Assembly: GCA_963664705.1 (NCBI GenBank) | Contig: OY761556.1 | Span: 2,304,001-2,368,000, forward strand | Length of the DNA: 64,000 nucleotides | From: Acidobacteriota bacterium | GTDB taxonomy: Bacteria > Acidobacteriota > UBA6911 | Direction: 5' to 3' | Shown here: piece after piece, positions 38,246 to 48,270 of the stretch | How the letters are laid out: every line of letters starts with the position of its first letter | Position numbering within the stretch: position 1 is the stretch's first letter | Translations under genes and position numbers: made by a program | Notes under the pieces: generated by a model | What the model saw: only the letters and a program-made list of their open reading frames with translations | Databases searched by the model: none | Told to the model about the DNA's origin: nothing

Positions 38246-39220
38246 CTATCTGGCGCCGGTAAGCTTGCGGCTGAAGGACTGCCAGGCTTTCGCAAAAGCT
38301 GAAACGGAAAAATCCCTGCCCACGCGAGCGCGAGCCGACTGTCCCATCGTAAAGGCTGATTCAGGGCTGCCCAACAACGATAGCACCCTCTCTCTCAGAT
38401 CTCTGGCATTCTCGGCCACGACCCCTTCACAACCATCGCGCACCGGAGAACTGGGACTCGCCAGCGTGGCAATCGGCATTCCCGTTGCCATCGCCTCGAG
38501 CAACCCCAGATTGTAGCCATCTTCGTAGGGATAAACCGGCGTATACAAATAGACTCGATAGGAACGCATCTGTTCTTTCAAATCGTCCCAACCATTGGTC
38601 ATGCGACTGCCCGCGAGCTCCGGATTGTTGCCAAGAACAAGATTGGGAATGCCCCGGCAAACCTCTTCATATGTTTCCCAGCCCATCATGACACCGCGGC
38701 TTTTCAGATGATTGCAGACTTGCAGGATGCCTGGTGTTTCCCCCTGATATCCCCCATAATCTTCAATATTCACCCCCGGCCGAATGACGATCCCGGGCAG
38801 TCCCCAGTCTTTTCGTTTGAGCTCTGAAATATATACAACGCGCGCTCCATAGGAGCGAAATAGCAAATCCAGTTTCTTCAGGTATTGATCCCGATCAATC
38901 GTGCTGTGATCCTGCAGCATTCGCCCGCTCAACGTTCCATGAACAAGGTATGCCTTCGGAAGGGCCAGGTCTTTTGCGTCCAGCAGGTCATGAATATTGT
39001 GTGCCAGGAACCAATCCCAGGAGCTTTCCCGCAAGGCTTCCTGAATCGAGGAATAGAGCCGTACATTGCCGGGCACTGGCCTTATCTGAGGATTCCAGTG
39101 CTTCGACGTTCCATGCTGAAGTTGAGGAGCAACAATTCCAAAGGTCCACGGAAGAGCAGAGGCCAGAAGGTGAAGATATGGCTGGTGCGAATTGAAGGTT
39201 AGAACACGCAAGGATTCCAT
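38246..39220 (-). CDS. Glycosyltransferase, GT-B (family 4-like)
   Basis: EDGYNLGLLEAMATGMPI (EX7E), VRDGCEG; TGATG overlap with the csrA stop. Confidence 0.85.
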   Translation of the reverse strand: MESLRVLTFNSHQPYLHLLASALPWTFGIVAPQLQHGTSKHWNPQIRPVPGNVRLYSSIQEALRESSWDWFLAHNIHDLLDAKDLALPKAYLVHGTLSGRMLQDHSTIDRDQYLKKLDLLFRSYGARVVYISELKRKDWGLPGIVIRPGVNIEDYGGYQGETPGILQVCNHLKSRGVMMGWETYEEVCRGIPNLVLGNNPELAGSRMTNGWDDLKEQMRSYRVYLYTPVYPYEDGYNLGLLEAMATGMPIATLASPSSPVRDGCEGVVAENARDLRERVLSLLGSPESAFTMGQSARARVGRDFSVSAFAKAWQSFSRKLTGAR

Positions 39221-39444
39221 CAACCCAGAAGTTTTTTAAGAATATCCGCCTTGGGTATTTGCGACTGGGAAGCAGCAAGGTTTTCGCGCTTAATGGATTC
39301 GTATACCTCGTGGCGGTGGACCGAGATATGACGCGGTGCGCTGATCCCGACCTTGACTGTGCCACTCCCAATGTTGAGGATCGTGACTTCTATTTCGTTC
39401 CCTATGATCAGGCTTTCATCTTTTTTTCTTGTGAAAACTAGCAT
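39220..39444 (-). CDS. csrA: Carbon storage regulator
   Basis: MLVFTRKKDESLIIGNEIEV...VKVGISAPRHISVHRHEVY plus C-terminal ENLAAS extension. Confidence 0.95.
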   Translation of the reverse strand: MLVFTRKKDESLIIGNEIEVTILNIGSGTVKVGISAPRHISVHRHEVYESIKRENLAASQSQIPKADILKKLLG

Positions 39445-39492
39445 CCGTGTCACACCTTCGAGGCGTCCAGGGCCCCGCGCTACGGGAACGAA

Positions 39493-39951
39493 TTATGCTC
39501 CCTGTACTTCTGCATCGTTTTGAACGCCGCCGCTCAACAGGGGATGCTTGACCGAATACTTGCTGTCGTGCAATATCACCTGCTTACCAAAACGGTCCTT
39601 TTCATTAATGACCACGGGAGCCATTAAGTTCACTGTGGCGCGCGTCGCATCGTCCGGAATGGTAGCAACGGCATACACGGTTAGATTGGTAGAGTCAGCG
39701 CTGTTGACATCTTCCATATCGGAATCCGCCAGGCGGAACTCGTATGTGGGATCCACGATGAAAGGATTGATGATGAAAAGAGAAATTGGAGGATCATCTA
39801 AGGCTTGAAGGTATTGGAATGGCTTTAACTCTTCCACGTCCAATACGGCAAACCGATGTATCTTCGGGAAGCCGGGCAAACCCTCCTTGAAATGAATGAC
39901 TTTGTCGTCCGGTACTTCCAAATCTCCAAAATTGACCGTATGGATTCGCAT
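39493..39951 (-). CDS. fliW: Flagellar assembly factor / CsrA antagonist
   Basis: T.NFG, FKEGLPGF, FQYLQ, INPF, TVNLMAPVVIN, GKQVIL, YSVKHP. Confidence 0.95.
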   Translation of the reverse strand: MRIHTVNFGDLEVPDDKVIHFKEGLPGFPKIHRFAVLDVEELKPFQYLQALDDPPISLFIINPFIVDPTYEFRLADSDMEDVNSADSTNLTVYAVATIPDDATRATVNLMAPVVINEKDRFGKQVILHDSKYSVKHPLLSGGVQNDAEVQGA

Positions 39952-40066
39952 TGTGCCTCAATCTAAAGCACGGATCATAGCCTCATTTTCCTGCGGCCCT
40001 GATCCGTGGGCAATATAGTCATCAATCGCCAAAATGCCGCTGCAACCGGCGGTCATTTTAGCCTTT

Positions 40067-40945
40067 TTAACCCAGAATGTCGAACAAGTTGCGTTGCGAT
40101 AAAATCGAGCTGCCGGCAGACAGCGCGGCATTCAGCGTCGTCTTTACCTGGCCGAGCTGCACCACGGCCTCTGTCATATCTGCATCTTCAATTTGACTTC
40201 TCCTGGCCTTCAGGTTCGTCTCCTGTTCCGACAGCCGCGTCTGAACGCTCTCAACCGTGCTCATGCTTGTGCCGATCTTCCCCCTGGCCAGCCCCAATTC
40301 CGCGTATGCCGATTGGAATTTTGTAAGCTCTGTCGCGATCGCGGAGGTGTCATTGGAATCGACCGCTGTCAGGAGTGAGCCGATAACGGTAAAAATAGCC
40401 GTGAAGGCTTCGGAGCCGGGGATGCCCGCCTGCACCTCTGTTCCCTCTTCAACCTGAACTTTGTTTTCATCACTGTCCCCGACATAGCTTACCGTATCGC
40501 CGGCGATTTTAAACGGAGCGGAATCGGAACTGGAACCGGCAAAAATGAATCGCCCCTTAATTTCGCTGTTTGCAAGAGACAGGACTTGGTCACGCAAAGA
40601 CCGGATTTCCATCGCAAGCGTGGCCCTTCCCTCATCGCCCAGGACTTCCGAAGAGGCCTGGCTCCCCTTGCTATATACGGAGGTAAGGAGACTGTTGACT
40701 TCGTTAAGGGCGGAATCGGCGGTTCCCAGGAAGTAGGAGACGGTCTGCGCGCTGGACTGGAACTGGTCAATATCCGCAGCGATATCGGTGAGCGAGAGGA
40801 GATCCGCGCTGGCAGACGGCGAATCGCTCAACTGCGTCAACAGTTTTCCACTGGAGATCTGACGGTTGAGCATGTTGTAGGTTTCGTTCAGATTGCCAAG
40901 ATCCGAAGTAAAGCCCCGATAAATCTCTGATTGTGTGATTCGCAT
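40067..40945 (-). CDS. flgL: Hook-associated protein 3
   Basis: MRITQ, QISSGK...SDSP, GRFIFAG, IEDADM, LFDIL. Confidence 0.93.
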   Translation of the reverse strand: MRITQSEIYRGFTSDLGNLNETYNMLNRQISSGKLLTQLSDSPSASADLLSLTDIAADIDQFQSSAQTVSYFLGTADSALNEVNSLLTSVYSKGSQASSEVLGDEGRATLAMEIRSLRDQVLSLANSEIKGRFIFAGSSSDSAPFKIAGDTVSYVGDSDENKVQVEEGTEVQAGIPGSEAFTAIFTVIGSLLTAVDSNDTSAIATELTKFQSAYAELGLARGKIGTSMSTVESVQTRLSEQETNLKARRSQIEDADMTEAVVQLGQVKTTLNAALSAGSSILSQRNLFDILG

Positions 40946-40954
40946 AGTCTTGAC

Positions 40955-42322
40955 CTATCCCAAAAGTTGCAGGATTTCGTCGCTGAGCGCCGACAATATG
41001 GTTGCATACCGGGCGCTCGCCTGATATGCCTTCTGATACTTGATGATGTTGATCGCTTCTTCATCCAGGTTTACACCCGCAAAAGAACTCCGCTGACTTT
41101 GCAACTGGTCCAATACGTTGTTTTGCGTCGTAACACTGTCGCTCGCAGTTTTCTCGTCCGTTCCGATGCGGGAAATCAGTGTCGCATAGTACTCGTTTAT
41201 GCTGGCCGCACCGAGCAGCTTTTCATCGATAATGGAGGCCAGCAGCTTGGCATTCTCGTTGTTGCCAACGCCCGTTCCTGAGGCCGCCGCGGCGACATCT
41301 CTCGGGTCTGTGATCGCTACACTCATGGTCCTGGCCGCACTCGTTGAGGAACCGCCCGCTAGCGGAACGAAAAAATTGCCGCCATCATCTCCATCGAGGT
41401 CGCTTCCTTCAGCGTGCTGTTCATTCACACGCGTGATGATTGTAGCCGCAAGATCATCCAAGGCAGAGAGATATCCGGAAATCTTGTTATCTCTCAGATC
41501 CAGGAGTCCACCCAGTTTCCCCGATTTCATCGAGTCGGTAACTTCGACGCCGTCCAGAAAGAGCCCCTGAAAAGCACCGCTGCCGGACGGAGATATTCCC
41601 AGAGAATGGCTCTGATCCGCGCATACGAGAATTCCGCCATTTGAGGTCGTCACGGTAATAGCGCCCGATTCGTTTTCAAAATAGGTCAGATCCGCAAGAC
41701 TCGACAATTGTTCGATCAATCCCTGTCTCGAATCCCGAAGCGTAAATTCATTCTCTGAATGCTGCGCCTGGGCAGTACTGATCTTGGCATTCAGGTCCGC
41801 GATTTGTGCGGTAATGGCATTGATATCGGTTACGGTATCTCCCACCATGCGATCCTGGGAGGTCTGAACCGCCTGGATGGTATTGTAGAGTCGCCGGAAT
41901 TCTCCGCTCAAAATTTCTGCCGAAGAGATGACCTTCATTCGGAGCGCTGTATCTTCCGGCGAACTGCTCAAGGCGCTAAAGCTGTTGAAGAAATCGGATA
42001 TTGCCTTCTGCAACCCGTTGCCGCTCCCCTGCAGGATGGCATCAATCTGCTGCAGCGCATTCGCCTCAACACTGGACTTCCCCAGCGCTTGCTGCTCCTG
42101 ACTGACGCTATAATCGATATAGCTGTTCCGGATGGCCCGTAACGTTACCCCCTGGATCCCCGACCGTACCCACTCATCCTGATTGGCGGTATACTCAATG
42201 TCCTGGCGTGTGTAATTCTGATTATTCGCGTTGGCAACATTCTTCTGGGTGATGGACAGACCGAACTGCTGCAGGGCAAGACCCTGTTGAACGGAATCAA
42301 GACTGCTCAGAATTGAAGACAT
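40955..42322 (-). CDS. flgK: Hook-associated protein 1
   Basis: NVANAN..YTRQ, FFNSF..LS, SGKLGGLL, GVNLDEEA...YQKAYQASA. Confidence 0.95.
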   Translation of the reverse strand: MSSILSSLDSVQQGLALQQFGLSITQKNVANANNQNYTRQDIEYTANQDEWVRSGIQGVTLRAIRNSYIDYSVSQEQQALGKSSVEANALQQIDAILQGSGNGLQKAISDFFNSFSALSSSPEDTALRMKVISSAEILSGEFRRLYNTIQAVQTSQDRMVGDTVTDINAITAQIADLNAKISTAQAQHSENEFTLRDSRQGLIEQLSSLADLTYFENESGAITVTTSNGGILVCADQSHSLGISPSGSGAFQGLFLDGVEVTDSMKSGKLGGLLDLRDNKISGYLSALDDLAATIITRVNEQHAEGSDLDGDDGGNFFVPLAGGSSTSAARTMSVAITDPRDVAAAASGTGVGNNENAKLLASIIDEKLLGAASINEYYATLISRIGTDEKTASDSVTTQNNVLDQLQSQRSSFAGVNLDEEAINIIKYQKAYQASARYATILSALSDEILQLLG

Positions 42323-42403
42323 AGTGATTATCCCAGCCGGTCAACGCGTTTGGTGTCGCGCAATAACATCATTACCAGCGACTAGGCAAAACAAATCCGG
42401 TGA

Positions 42404-42895
42404 TCAGGCCTGCCGGGAAAAAGTAGGTTGCACGGAAGGAATTTCCGCGAACAATCCGTTAGGCCGGTATGCGCCGGAAGCGTTGGAAAAAACCGCCAAA
42501 AGCCCTCTGGAATAGTGGAGGGAATGATCGATGAGTTTCCGGTTGCACTGGGTAATGGATCTCAGTTGTCTGACGAGGTGCCGGAACAGATCTGCTTGAG
42601 ACCTGATTTCCGGAGCAAGCGAGGGGTCCACTCTGTCGGCGAGTTTCCTAAGAGTAAATTCCTCTCGTGAAATCCGGAAAACATCCGCAAAGTGACTGCA
42701 GAGACGCGCCATTTCAATCTCCAGGCTGCGGAGCCTGGCACAGAGCGCATCCTCGACTTTGTTGCTTTCCAGAATGGCTTCAACACTGCCCTTTATCAAC
42801 AAGGCAGTCTTCTGCCGGGCATGCTCAACGAGATCGCGGTACAGTGTGATTTCCTCGCGAACAACTCCCAGGAGATCCGAGACCTGGTCGGCCAT
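42404..42895 (-). CDS. flgN: Flagellar export chaperone FlgN
   Basis: Helical chaperone between flgM and flgK; N.KLIDHSL...Y pattern. Confidence 0.8.
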   Translation of the reverse strand: MADQVSDLLGVVREEITLYRDLVEHARQKTALLIKGSVEAILESNKVEDALCARLRSLEIEMARLCSHFADVFRISREEFTLRKLADRVDPSLAPEIRSQADLFRHLVRQLRSITQCNRKLIDHSLHYSRGLLAVFSNASGAYRPNGLFAEIPSVQPTFSRQA

Positions 42896-42898
42896 TAT

Positions 42899-43123
42899 TC
42901 AGATCCTGAGATCGATGTGCATAGAGGATATGGAGTCATCGGTCTTTTGGGATGTATCGGATGGCGAACTGTCGACGTCTTCCTTTTTTTCGGATTGCGG
43001 TTTGGCAGTCTTCGGCTTTCGGGGTTGATCACCCCCCAGCCGCTCCTCGCGCCCAATCCTCTCCAGGAACGGTGAAACGACAAGATTCAAGAGACCAAAG
43101 TCATTTGACATGGCCATCTCCAC
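42899..43123 (-). CDS. Small hypothetical protein between flgM and flgN
   Basis: 74-aa ORF filling the gap (9 nt and 3 nt spacers), ends HIDLRI. Confidence 0.6.
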   Translation of the reverse strand: MEMAMSNDFGLLNLVVSPFLERIGREERLGGDQPRKPKTAKPQSEKKEDVDSSPSDTSQKTDDSISSMHIDLRI

Positions 43124-43132
43124 CTAGTCGAA

Positions 43133-43438
43133 CTAACCAATCTCGTCGATCAGGTTGCCTCCGATAATTTTTTCGGCGATTTGTTCCGCCTTGACATTGT
43201 AAGTGCCGCTCTCGATCTGGCTGCGAACCTGATTTACCCGATCTTCCCGAACATCCGGTGTGGACCGAATCATGTCCTCGATACGCGAGTATTCGAGACC
43301 CCGAGTCGACAGTTCAATTCTGTCCGAATCAGAACTCGTTTGTCCGCGTTTCTGAACACTCTCAGACTTCTGCGCAGAGTCGAGCCGCTGCACGCTCTTG
43401 TTCAAGCCTATCAAAGGGGTATTGCCGTTAATCTCCAT
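43133..43438 (-). CDS. flgM: Anti-sigma28 factor
   Basis: DRIELS, PDVREDRV..VRSQIESGTYNV...IAEKI. Confidence 0.93.
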   Translation of the reverse strand: MEINGNTPLIGLNKSVQRLDSAQKSESVQKRGQTSSDSDRIELSTRGLEYSRIEDMIRSTPDVREDRVNQVRSQIESGTYNVKAEQIAEKIIGGNLIDEIG

Positions 43439-43469
43439 ATCTATCCTCGAGAGATTACTCCTGAGTTGC

Positions 43470-43497
43470 TTATCGTCCCTTCGATAATAGCACTTTA
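43470..43497 (-). promoter_or_regulatory. Putative sigma28 promoter of flgM-flgN-flgK-flgL
   Basis: TAAA-N16-GACGATAA. Confidence 0.75.
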
Positions 43498-43519
43498 GCC
43501 TATATTACGGATTGTGGCT

Positions 43520-44410
43520 CTAGCCGCCTATTTTCAAGCGGCCCGGGCTCTGTTGTCCGTAAGGATTCGTTTGAGAATTCAACACCGCAAGGGGATCAAC
43601 CGGTGTTCCCATACGAATCACTTCAAAATGAAGATGAGGACCGGTGCTGCGTCCTGTATTACCAACAGTGCCCAGGTTTGTCTCTGAATTGACGACATCC
43701 CCGGCCTTAACACTAATCGTGCCCAGATGCCCGTAACGCGTTTGAACTCCATCCGCGTGCTGCACCAGGACAGTATTGCCATATCCGCTCATGTATCCGG
43801 CGGAAACTACAGTCCCGGGCAATGCCGATACCACCCTCATCCCCTCGGGAGCCGCCAGATCCAATCCCTTGTGGAATCGAGCCTGGTGGGAGATCGGATC
43901 CTTCCGCATTCCGAATGCGGAGCTTATGTGCGCATGCACCGGAAGCTGCAGATCCGAAATATCCTCCCCCTCACACAGCGGGCTCGGTTGTTCCGTAGTT
44001 GCGGGAGCCTTGGTTCCAGAACCTGCCTCGGTTTCCTTGGTTTGACCGGGCTCCGACACTTTGGCCGATTCCCTTTCAGAGAGGCTTTTATATATGAGGT
44101 CCGAAATACCGAGAGCACCCCGCCGAGACATGCTCAGCGATATTTCCTGATCAAAAAGATCCGTATAGATAGATTTCCCAAAACCGCCTTCGAACAGGCC
44201 GGACTCTTCAACCGTTTCACGCATCACCTTCAACAGCTGCGACAGAAAGATGGCTTCAAACTCCTGAGAGACCTTCTTCAGTTCATTCGAGTTCTTCGGC
44301 CCGGTCGAATTCTGGACCGCGCGAACCTTTTCCTCCAGATGCGTGCCGTTGGATGTCAGGATATCCGTCGGAACCTGGGTCAGTGGAGTTAAGGTTAGTG
44401 AATTCTGCAC
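43520..44410 (-). CDS. flgJ: FlgJ rod-binding domain fused to an M23 peptidase
   Basis: LKKVSQEFEAIFLSQLLKVMRET (rod-binding); FHKGLD (HxxxD), TRYGHL, GRSTGPHLHFEV (M23). Confidence 0.88.
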   Translation of the reverse strand: MQNSLTLTPLTQVPTDILTSNGTHLEEKVRAVQNSTGPKNSNELKKVSQEFEAIFLSQLLKVMRETVEESGLFEGGFGKSIYTDLFDQEISLSMSRRGALGISDLIYKSLSERESAKVSEPGQTKETEAGSGTKAPATTEQPSPLCEGEDISDLQLPVHAHISSAFGMRKDPISHQARFHKGLDLAAPEGMRVVSALPGTVVSAGYMSGYGNTVLVQHADGVQTRYGHLGTISVKAGDVVNSETNLGTVGNTGRSTGPHLHFEVIRMGTPVDPLAVLNSQTNPYGQQSPGRLKIGG

Positions 44411-44441
44411 GATCGTCTCGAATCAGTCGGTTTAAACAGGG

Positions 44442-45551
44442 TTAAATAACTTCCAACTCAGCCTGCAATGCACCCTGCGCTTTGATTGCCTGCAAAATTG
44501 CGATCACATCTCTGGGAGTCGCCCCGATGGAATTCAGCGCCCGGACAACTTCCTCTACGCTCGCCCCTTCACGCAAAGTGACGGCCTGTCCCTTCTCTTC
44601 CTTTACCGTAACACTCTCTTTCGGTACAACCGCGGTCTGGCCAGTGGACGAAAACGGCGATGGCTGGGATACCTCCAAAATCGTTCCCACCTGGAGCGAA
44701 AGTCCCCCGTGAATGATGGAGACCTCGGCAATCCGGACATCCTTCCCCAGAACAACCGTGCCGGTCTTTTCATTGACCACAACCCGCGCCGGAGAGTCGA
44801 CATCCATGGTTGCGTTCTCCACAACCGACAGGAATTCAATAACACGATTGCTGTAGCTGGCAGGCACATTGAACGCAATAGTGCGGGCATCGACCGGGTT
44901 GGCGACGCCGGCCTCTGACGCCTGGTTGATCGCACGGGCGGCCCTGAGCGCGGTGGTAAAATCGCTTCGATTCAACACGAGGTTGAACTTTGATTTCCCC
45001 ACAATATCCAAATTCAAATCAGACTCCACCAGCCCGCCATTCGGAATTCGTCCAACGGTGGGATGGTTCAACTGGACTCGACTATTCGCTCCTCCACCTG
45101 AATATCCGCCAATGGTTACCTCGCCCTGTGCCGCAACATAAACCTGTCCATTGGCCGCTTTCAGGGGGGTCCGGATCAGAACTCCGCCCTGCAGACTCTG
45201 CGCATCTCCCATGGAGCTTACGGTAACGTCGATATGGTTCCCCTGTCGGGCAAAGGGGGGCAAAACCGCCGTTACCATTACGGCAGCGATGTTCTTTACT
45301 CTTATCTTGTCCGCGGAAATAGTAATGCCGCTGCGCTGGAGCATATTGGCAAGCGCCTGCGTCGAGAATACTGTCTGGCTGCGATCGCCGGTACCGTTCA
45401 GCCCCACAATGAGCCCAAGTCCATTCAGCTGGTTATCGCGGACTCCTTCAATGCTCGCAACATCCTTGATGCGGCTTGCGGCCGATATGGATATTGGGCA
45501 TAGCCCCACCAGCACAATCGTCATGAAAAAATATGGCAGCTTCCGGAACAT
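44442..45551 (-). CDS. flgI: Flagellar P-ring protein
   Basis: RIKD..GVRDNQL.GLGL..GL.GTGD, KNIAAVMVTA, AIKAQGAL. Confidence 0.96.
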   Translation of the reverse strand: MFRKLPYFFMTIVLVGLCPISISAASRIKDVASIEGVRDNQLNGLGLIVGLNGTGDRSQTVFSTQALANMLQRSGITISADKIRVKNIAAVMVTAVLPPFARQGNHIDVTVSSMGDAQSLQGGVLIRTPLKAANGQVYVAAQGEVTIGGYSGGGANSRVQLNHPTVGRIPNGGLVESDLNLDIVGKSKFNLVLNRSDFTTALRAARAINQASEAGVANPVDARTIAFNVPASYSNRVIEFLSVVENATMDVDSPARVVVNEKTGTVVLGKDVRIAEVSIIHGGLSLQVGTILEVSQPSPFSSTGQTAVVPKESVTVKEEKGQAVTLREGASVEEVVRALNSIGATPRDVIAILQAIKAQGALQAELEVI

Positions 45552-45564
45552 GCGTCCTCTTTAG

Positions 45565-46269
45565 CTAAAATGGCAAAATTCCTGTGAGTATCTTGTATAG
45601 CCAGCCGGGATTGGTGGACTGACTTACAACGCCACGTCCCTGCACTCGAACCGACATCTGGGCAATGGACGAGGAAAGCACCGTATTGCCGGAGCTGACA
45701 TCTTCCGGGCGCACAACGCCGGTAAGATATACACTCTGGTTTTCATTATTGACGCGAATTTCCCGCATCCCCTCCACAACAAGGTATCCGTTTGGAAGGA
45801 CGTCGATGACCCTTCCGGTCAGAGTGGTTTCCAATGTAGTGGCACGCGTCGTGGAGCCTTTCCCTTCAAAGCTTGAGCTGGCTTTCCCGTTTGCCAGGTT
45901 GGGCAGTTCCTTAATTTTCCGCTCGAGCCCGAAAAGACTATCCATGCCTGCCGTGAGCGCCGTATCCCGCGAATTCTTTGCGTCCGCACTGGCCAACGCC
46001 TGCGTTGACTCGGAGACCACAATCGTCACCATGTCGTCGACAAAGCGGGCTTTGGGATCACGAAACAGATCTGAATTGGGTCCGTTCACCCAAAGTGATC
46101 CTTCCGCCGTCTTGGATTCAGCCCTTGTCTTGTGAGCACTCTCCACATAGGACCGCAGTTCCGTGGGATCCTTCACCTGGGCTTTGGTGGAAATGCAGCC
46201 TGCCGAACAGGCCGAAACCAGGATGAGCCCAACAATACTCAGAATCGAGTCCCTCATGCGATTATCCAC
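45565..46269 (-). CDS. flgH: Flagellar L-ring lipoprotein
   Basis: Lipobox SAGC, LFRDPKA..VDDMVTI, VLPNG.L..EG, GVVRPEDV, PGWL...LPF. Confidence 0.94.
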   Translation of the reverse strand: MDNRMRDSILSIVGLILVSACSAGCISTKAQVKDPTELRSYVESAHKTRAESKTAEGSLWVNGPNSDLFRDPKARFVDDMVTIVVSESTQALASADAKNSRDTALTAGMDSLFGLERKIKELPNLANGKASSSFEGKGSTTRATTLETTLTGRVIDVLPNGYLVVEGMREIRVNNENQSVYLTGVVRPEDVSSGNTVLSSSIAQMSVRVQGRGVVSQSTNPGWLYKILTGILPF

Positions 46270-46271
46270 TC

Positions 46272-47240
46272 CTATTGGATCTTCACCGACCCTGGACCAA
46301 CGACCTTCGCTTTCAAAGCGGTCGAGAACTCCAGATTGCGAACGACTATGGTTTGACCAAGCTTTCCGTCCTGCTCGGCTTTGGCGGAGGCAACCAACAC
46401 GATGCCGTTTCTTTCGAGACGAAGCTGTACCGTCTCGCCATGCCGCACAAGAAATGGGTCCGTAAAAGCTTCACGCGTGAACAGATCTCCCGGAGAAAAC
46501 CCTCGGCGCGAGACTTTCCCGATCAGTTCATCTGACTGTCGGATATAGGCATTGCGAAAATCCGCAATATCGACGATCGACTCCGCTATATCCTCGGAAG
46601 TGATTGCTATGTTGTAAGGAATTTTCCTGGCTGCAGTAAGAACCCTGGCACGAATGGAAATATCGACATTGATCCAGAAGGAGCGCTGCACTTTTTCTTC
46701 CTGGATAGCCTCGAAATTTACCAACAGCCTGTTTCTGCCGACCGCGGTTGTCCCCGGCCCAAGCCGCAGTTGCGTATCGCCGGGCGGCAGTTCAATTTCG
46801 TTCAGATTGCCGATGGCCCGGATCTCAATCTCGGCTTCTTTCCAAAGAGTCGTTGCGGTGATATAGCCCTTCAGTGCGCCCGCAATGTCATCCGGCCGGA
46901 GGTGCTTTCCCTGCCGTCTGATTTGAACCGCCGGAGCCCCCTCGAAAGACAGCCCGCCACGGACCAAGGAATTCGGGATTTTGGCGTAAATCTGCTGGCG
47001 GCTCCATTCGGAAATCTTGCCGAATTCAGGGGACGGTCCCAGCTCAACACGGCCCAAACGTCCTGCCGCGTCCGAATCAAGTCCATGAATATCTGCGATA
47101 TCGCCCAGACATATGACATCTGAGCCGACGGCAACATCCTGCTTCAGCGCAACCACCAGCGCGTGCGCGGCATTCAATGCCGGAGCAAACAGAATGATCA
47201 AAGCCAATACCGGCAAAACGAAACGTACTGCATGAAGCAA
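46272..47240 (-). CDS. flgA: P-ring formation chaperone
   Basis: Signal peptide, LGDIA, C-terminal SAF (LVRHGETV...AEQDGKLGQTIVVRN); start approximate (TTG after GAGGGG). Confidence 0.85.
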   Translation of the reverse strand: MLHAVRFVLPVLALIILFAPALNAAHALVVALKQDVAVGSDVICLGDIADIHGLDSDAAGRLGRVELGPSPEFGKISEWSRQQIYAKIPNSLVRGGLSFEGAPAVQIRRQGKHLRPDDIAGALKGYITATTLWKEAEIEIRAIGNLNEIELPPGDTQLRLGPGTTAVGRNRLLVNFEAIQEEKVQRSFWINVDISIRARVLTAARKIPYNIAITSEDIAESIVDIADFRNAYIRQSDELIGKVSRRGFSPGDLFTREAFTDPFLVRHGETVQLRLERNGIVLVASAKAEQDGKLGQTIVVRNLEFSTALKAKVVGPGSVKIQ

Positions 47241-47472
47241 GTTGCGAACACTCCCCTCACCCAACCCGATGCGGACAATACTGCGTGGCGAACAAGACAA
47301 GCCCGGAAGTATGCAAATTTGAAAGGGTGCATTCTCCCGGCGAATGAAGAAAGGGGTAAAGCGGAAACCGTTCACACCGGCTATATCTCGAGGAAAAGCC
47401 GATGCGTTCGGAAACGCAAAAGGGATTGGGCAAAGGGTGAGGAGAGAATTCGAAACTTGCCTCATAATACTC

Positions 47473-48261
47473 TTACCGAACAACGTTATTTGCCTGGGTA
47501 AACATTTCATCCGCGGTGCGGATTACCTTGGAGTTGGCTTCATAAGCCCGCTGGCTAATGATCATATTCACCATCTCCTCGACGACACTGACATTGGATT
47601 GCTCTACATATCCCTGGAGCAAGGTCCCCAGTCCGGTTTCTCCTGCAGTGCCGGTAACGGCATCACCGGAGGACTGAGTGGGAACAAAGAGGCTTTTGCC
47701 GATGTTTTCCAGCCCCGCCGGATTCTGAAATAGCGCCAACTCGATTTTTCCTACCTGCTGGGGTTGGGATTGACCGGACTGCTTTATCGATACGGACCCG
47801 TCGGATCCGATCGTGATTCCGGTCTGATCCTGCGGAATGGTGATTTGCGGTTCGAGCAGATCCCCTTCTGATGTCACAATGTTTCCATCGCGATTCAGGT
47901 GAAAGTTGCCATTCCTGGTATAGGCAATTTGCCCGTTGCTCTGGCGAACCTGGAAAAATCCTTGCCCCTGGATTACGAGATCCAGCGGATTTCCGGTCGA
48001 GGCAAAATCGCCCTGAGTAAAGATAATGTCCGTTGCAACCGCCTTGGTACCGAGTCCGACCTGCAACCCGACCGGGATATCGGTCGTTGCGGTATTGGCC
48101 GCACCCGCCTGTCGAATATTCTGGTAAAGCAAATCCTGAAACTGAGCTTTGCGCTGTTTGTATCCGCTTGTGTTGATGTTTGCGAGATTGTGCGCAATGG
48201 TATCGATATTCAGCTGCTGCGCTTCCATTCCGGTTGCAGCCGTACTCAGTGCTCTTAACAT
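47473..48261 (-). CDS. flgG: Distal rod protein
   Basis: MLRALSTAATGMEAQQ, YTRNGNF, EQSNVSVVEEMVNMI.SQRAYEANSK. Confidence 0.96.
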   Translation of the reverse strand: MLRALSTAATGMEAQQLNIDTIAHNLANINTSGYKQRKAQFQDLLYQNIRQAGAANTATTDIPVGLQVGLGTKAVATDIIFTQGDFASTGNPLDLVIQGQGFFQVRQSNGQIAYTRNGNFHLNRDGNIVTSEGDLLEPQITIPQDQTGITIGSDGSVSIKQSGQSQPQQVGKIELALFQNPAGLENIGKSLFVPTQSSGDAVTGTAGETGLGTLLQGYVEQSNVSVVEEMVNMIISQRAYEANSKVIRTADEMFTQANNVVR

Positions 48262-48270
48262 ACGGTCTCC

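Noticed and set aside
42355-42380. TGGTAATGATGTTATTGC as a sigma54 site before flgK
   Set aside because: GG-to-GC spacing is 13 nt, not 10
47250-47472. N-terminal 90 aa of ORF 46272..47510, and a possible riboswitch or sigma54 site in the flgG-flgA gap
   Set aside because: The extension overlaps flgG and precedes the signal peptide. TTTGCA lacks the -24 GG, and GGAAACGCAAA is on the wrong strand without supporting stems.
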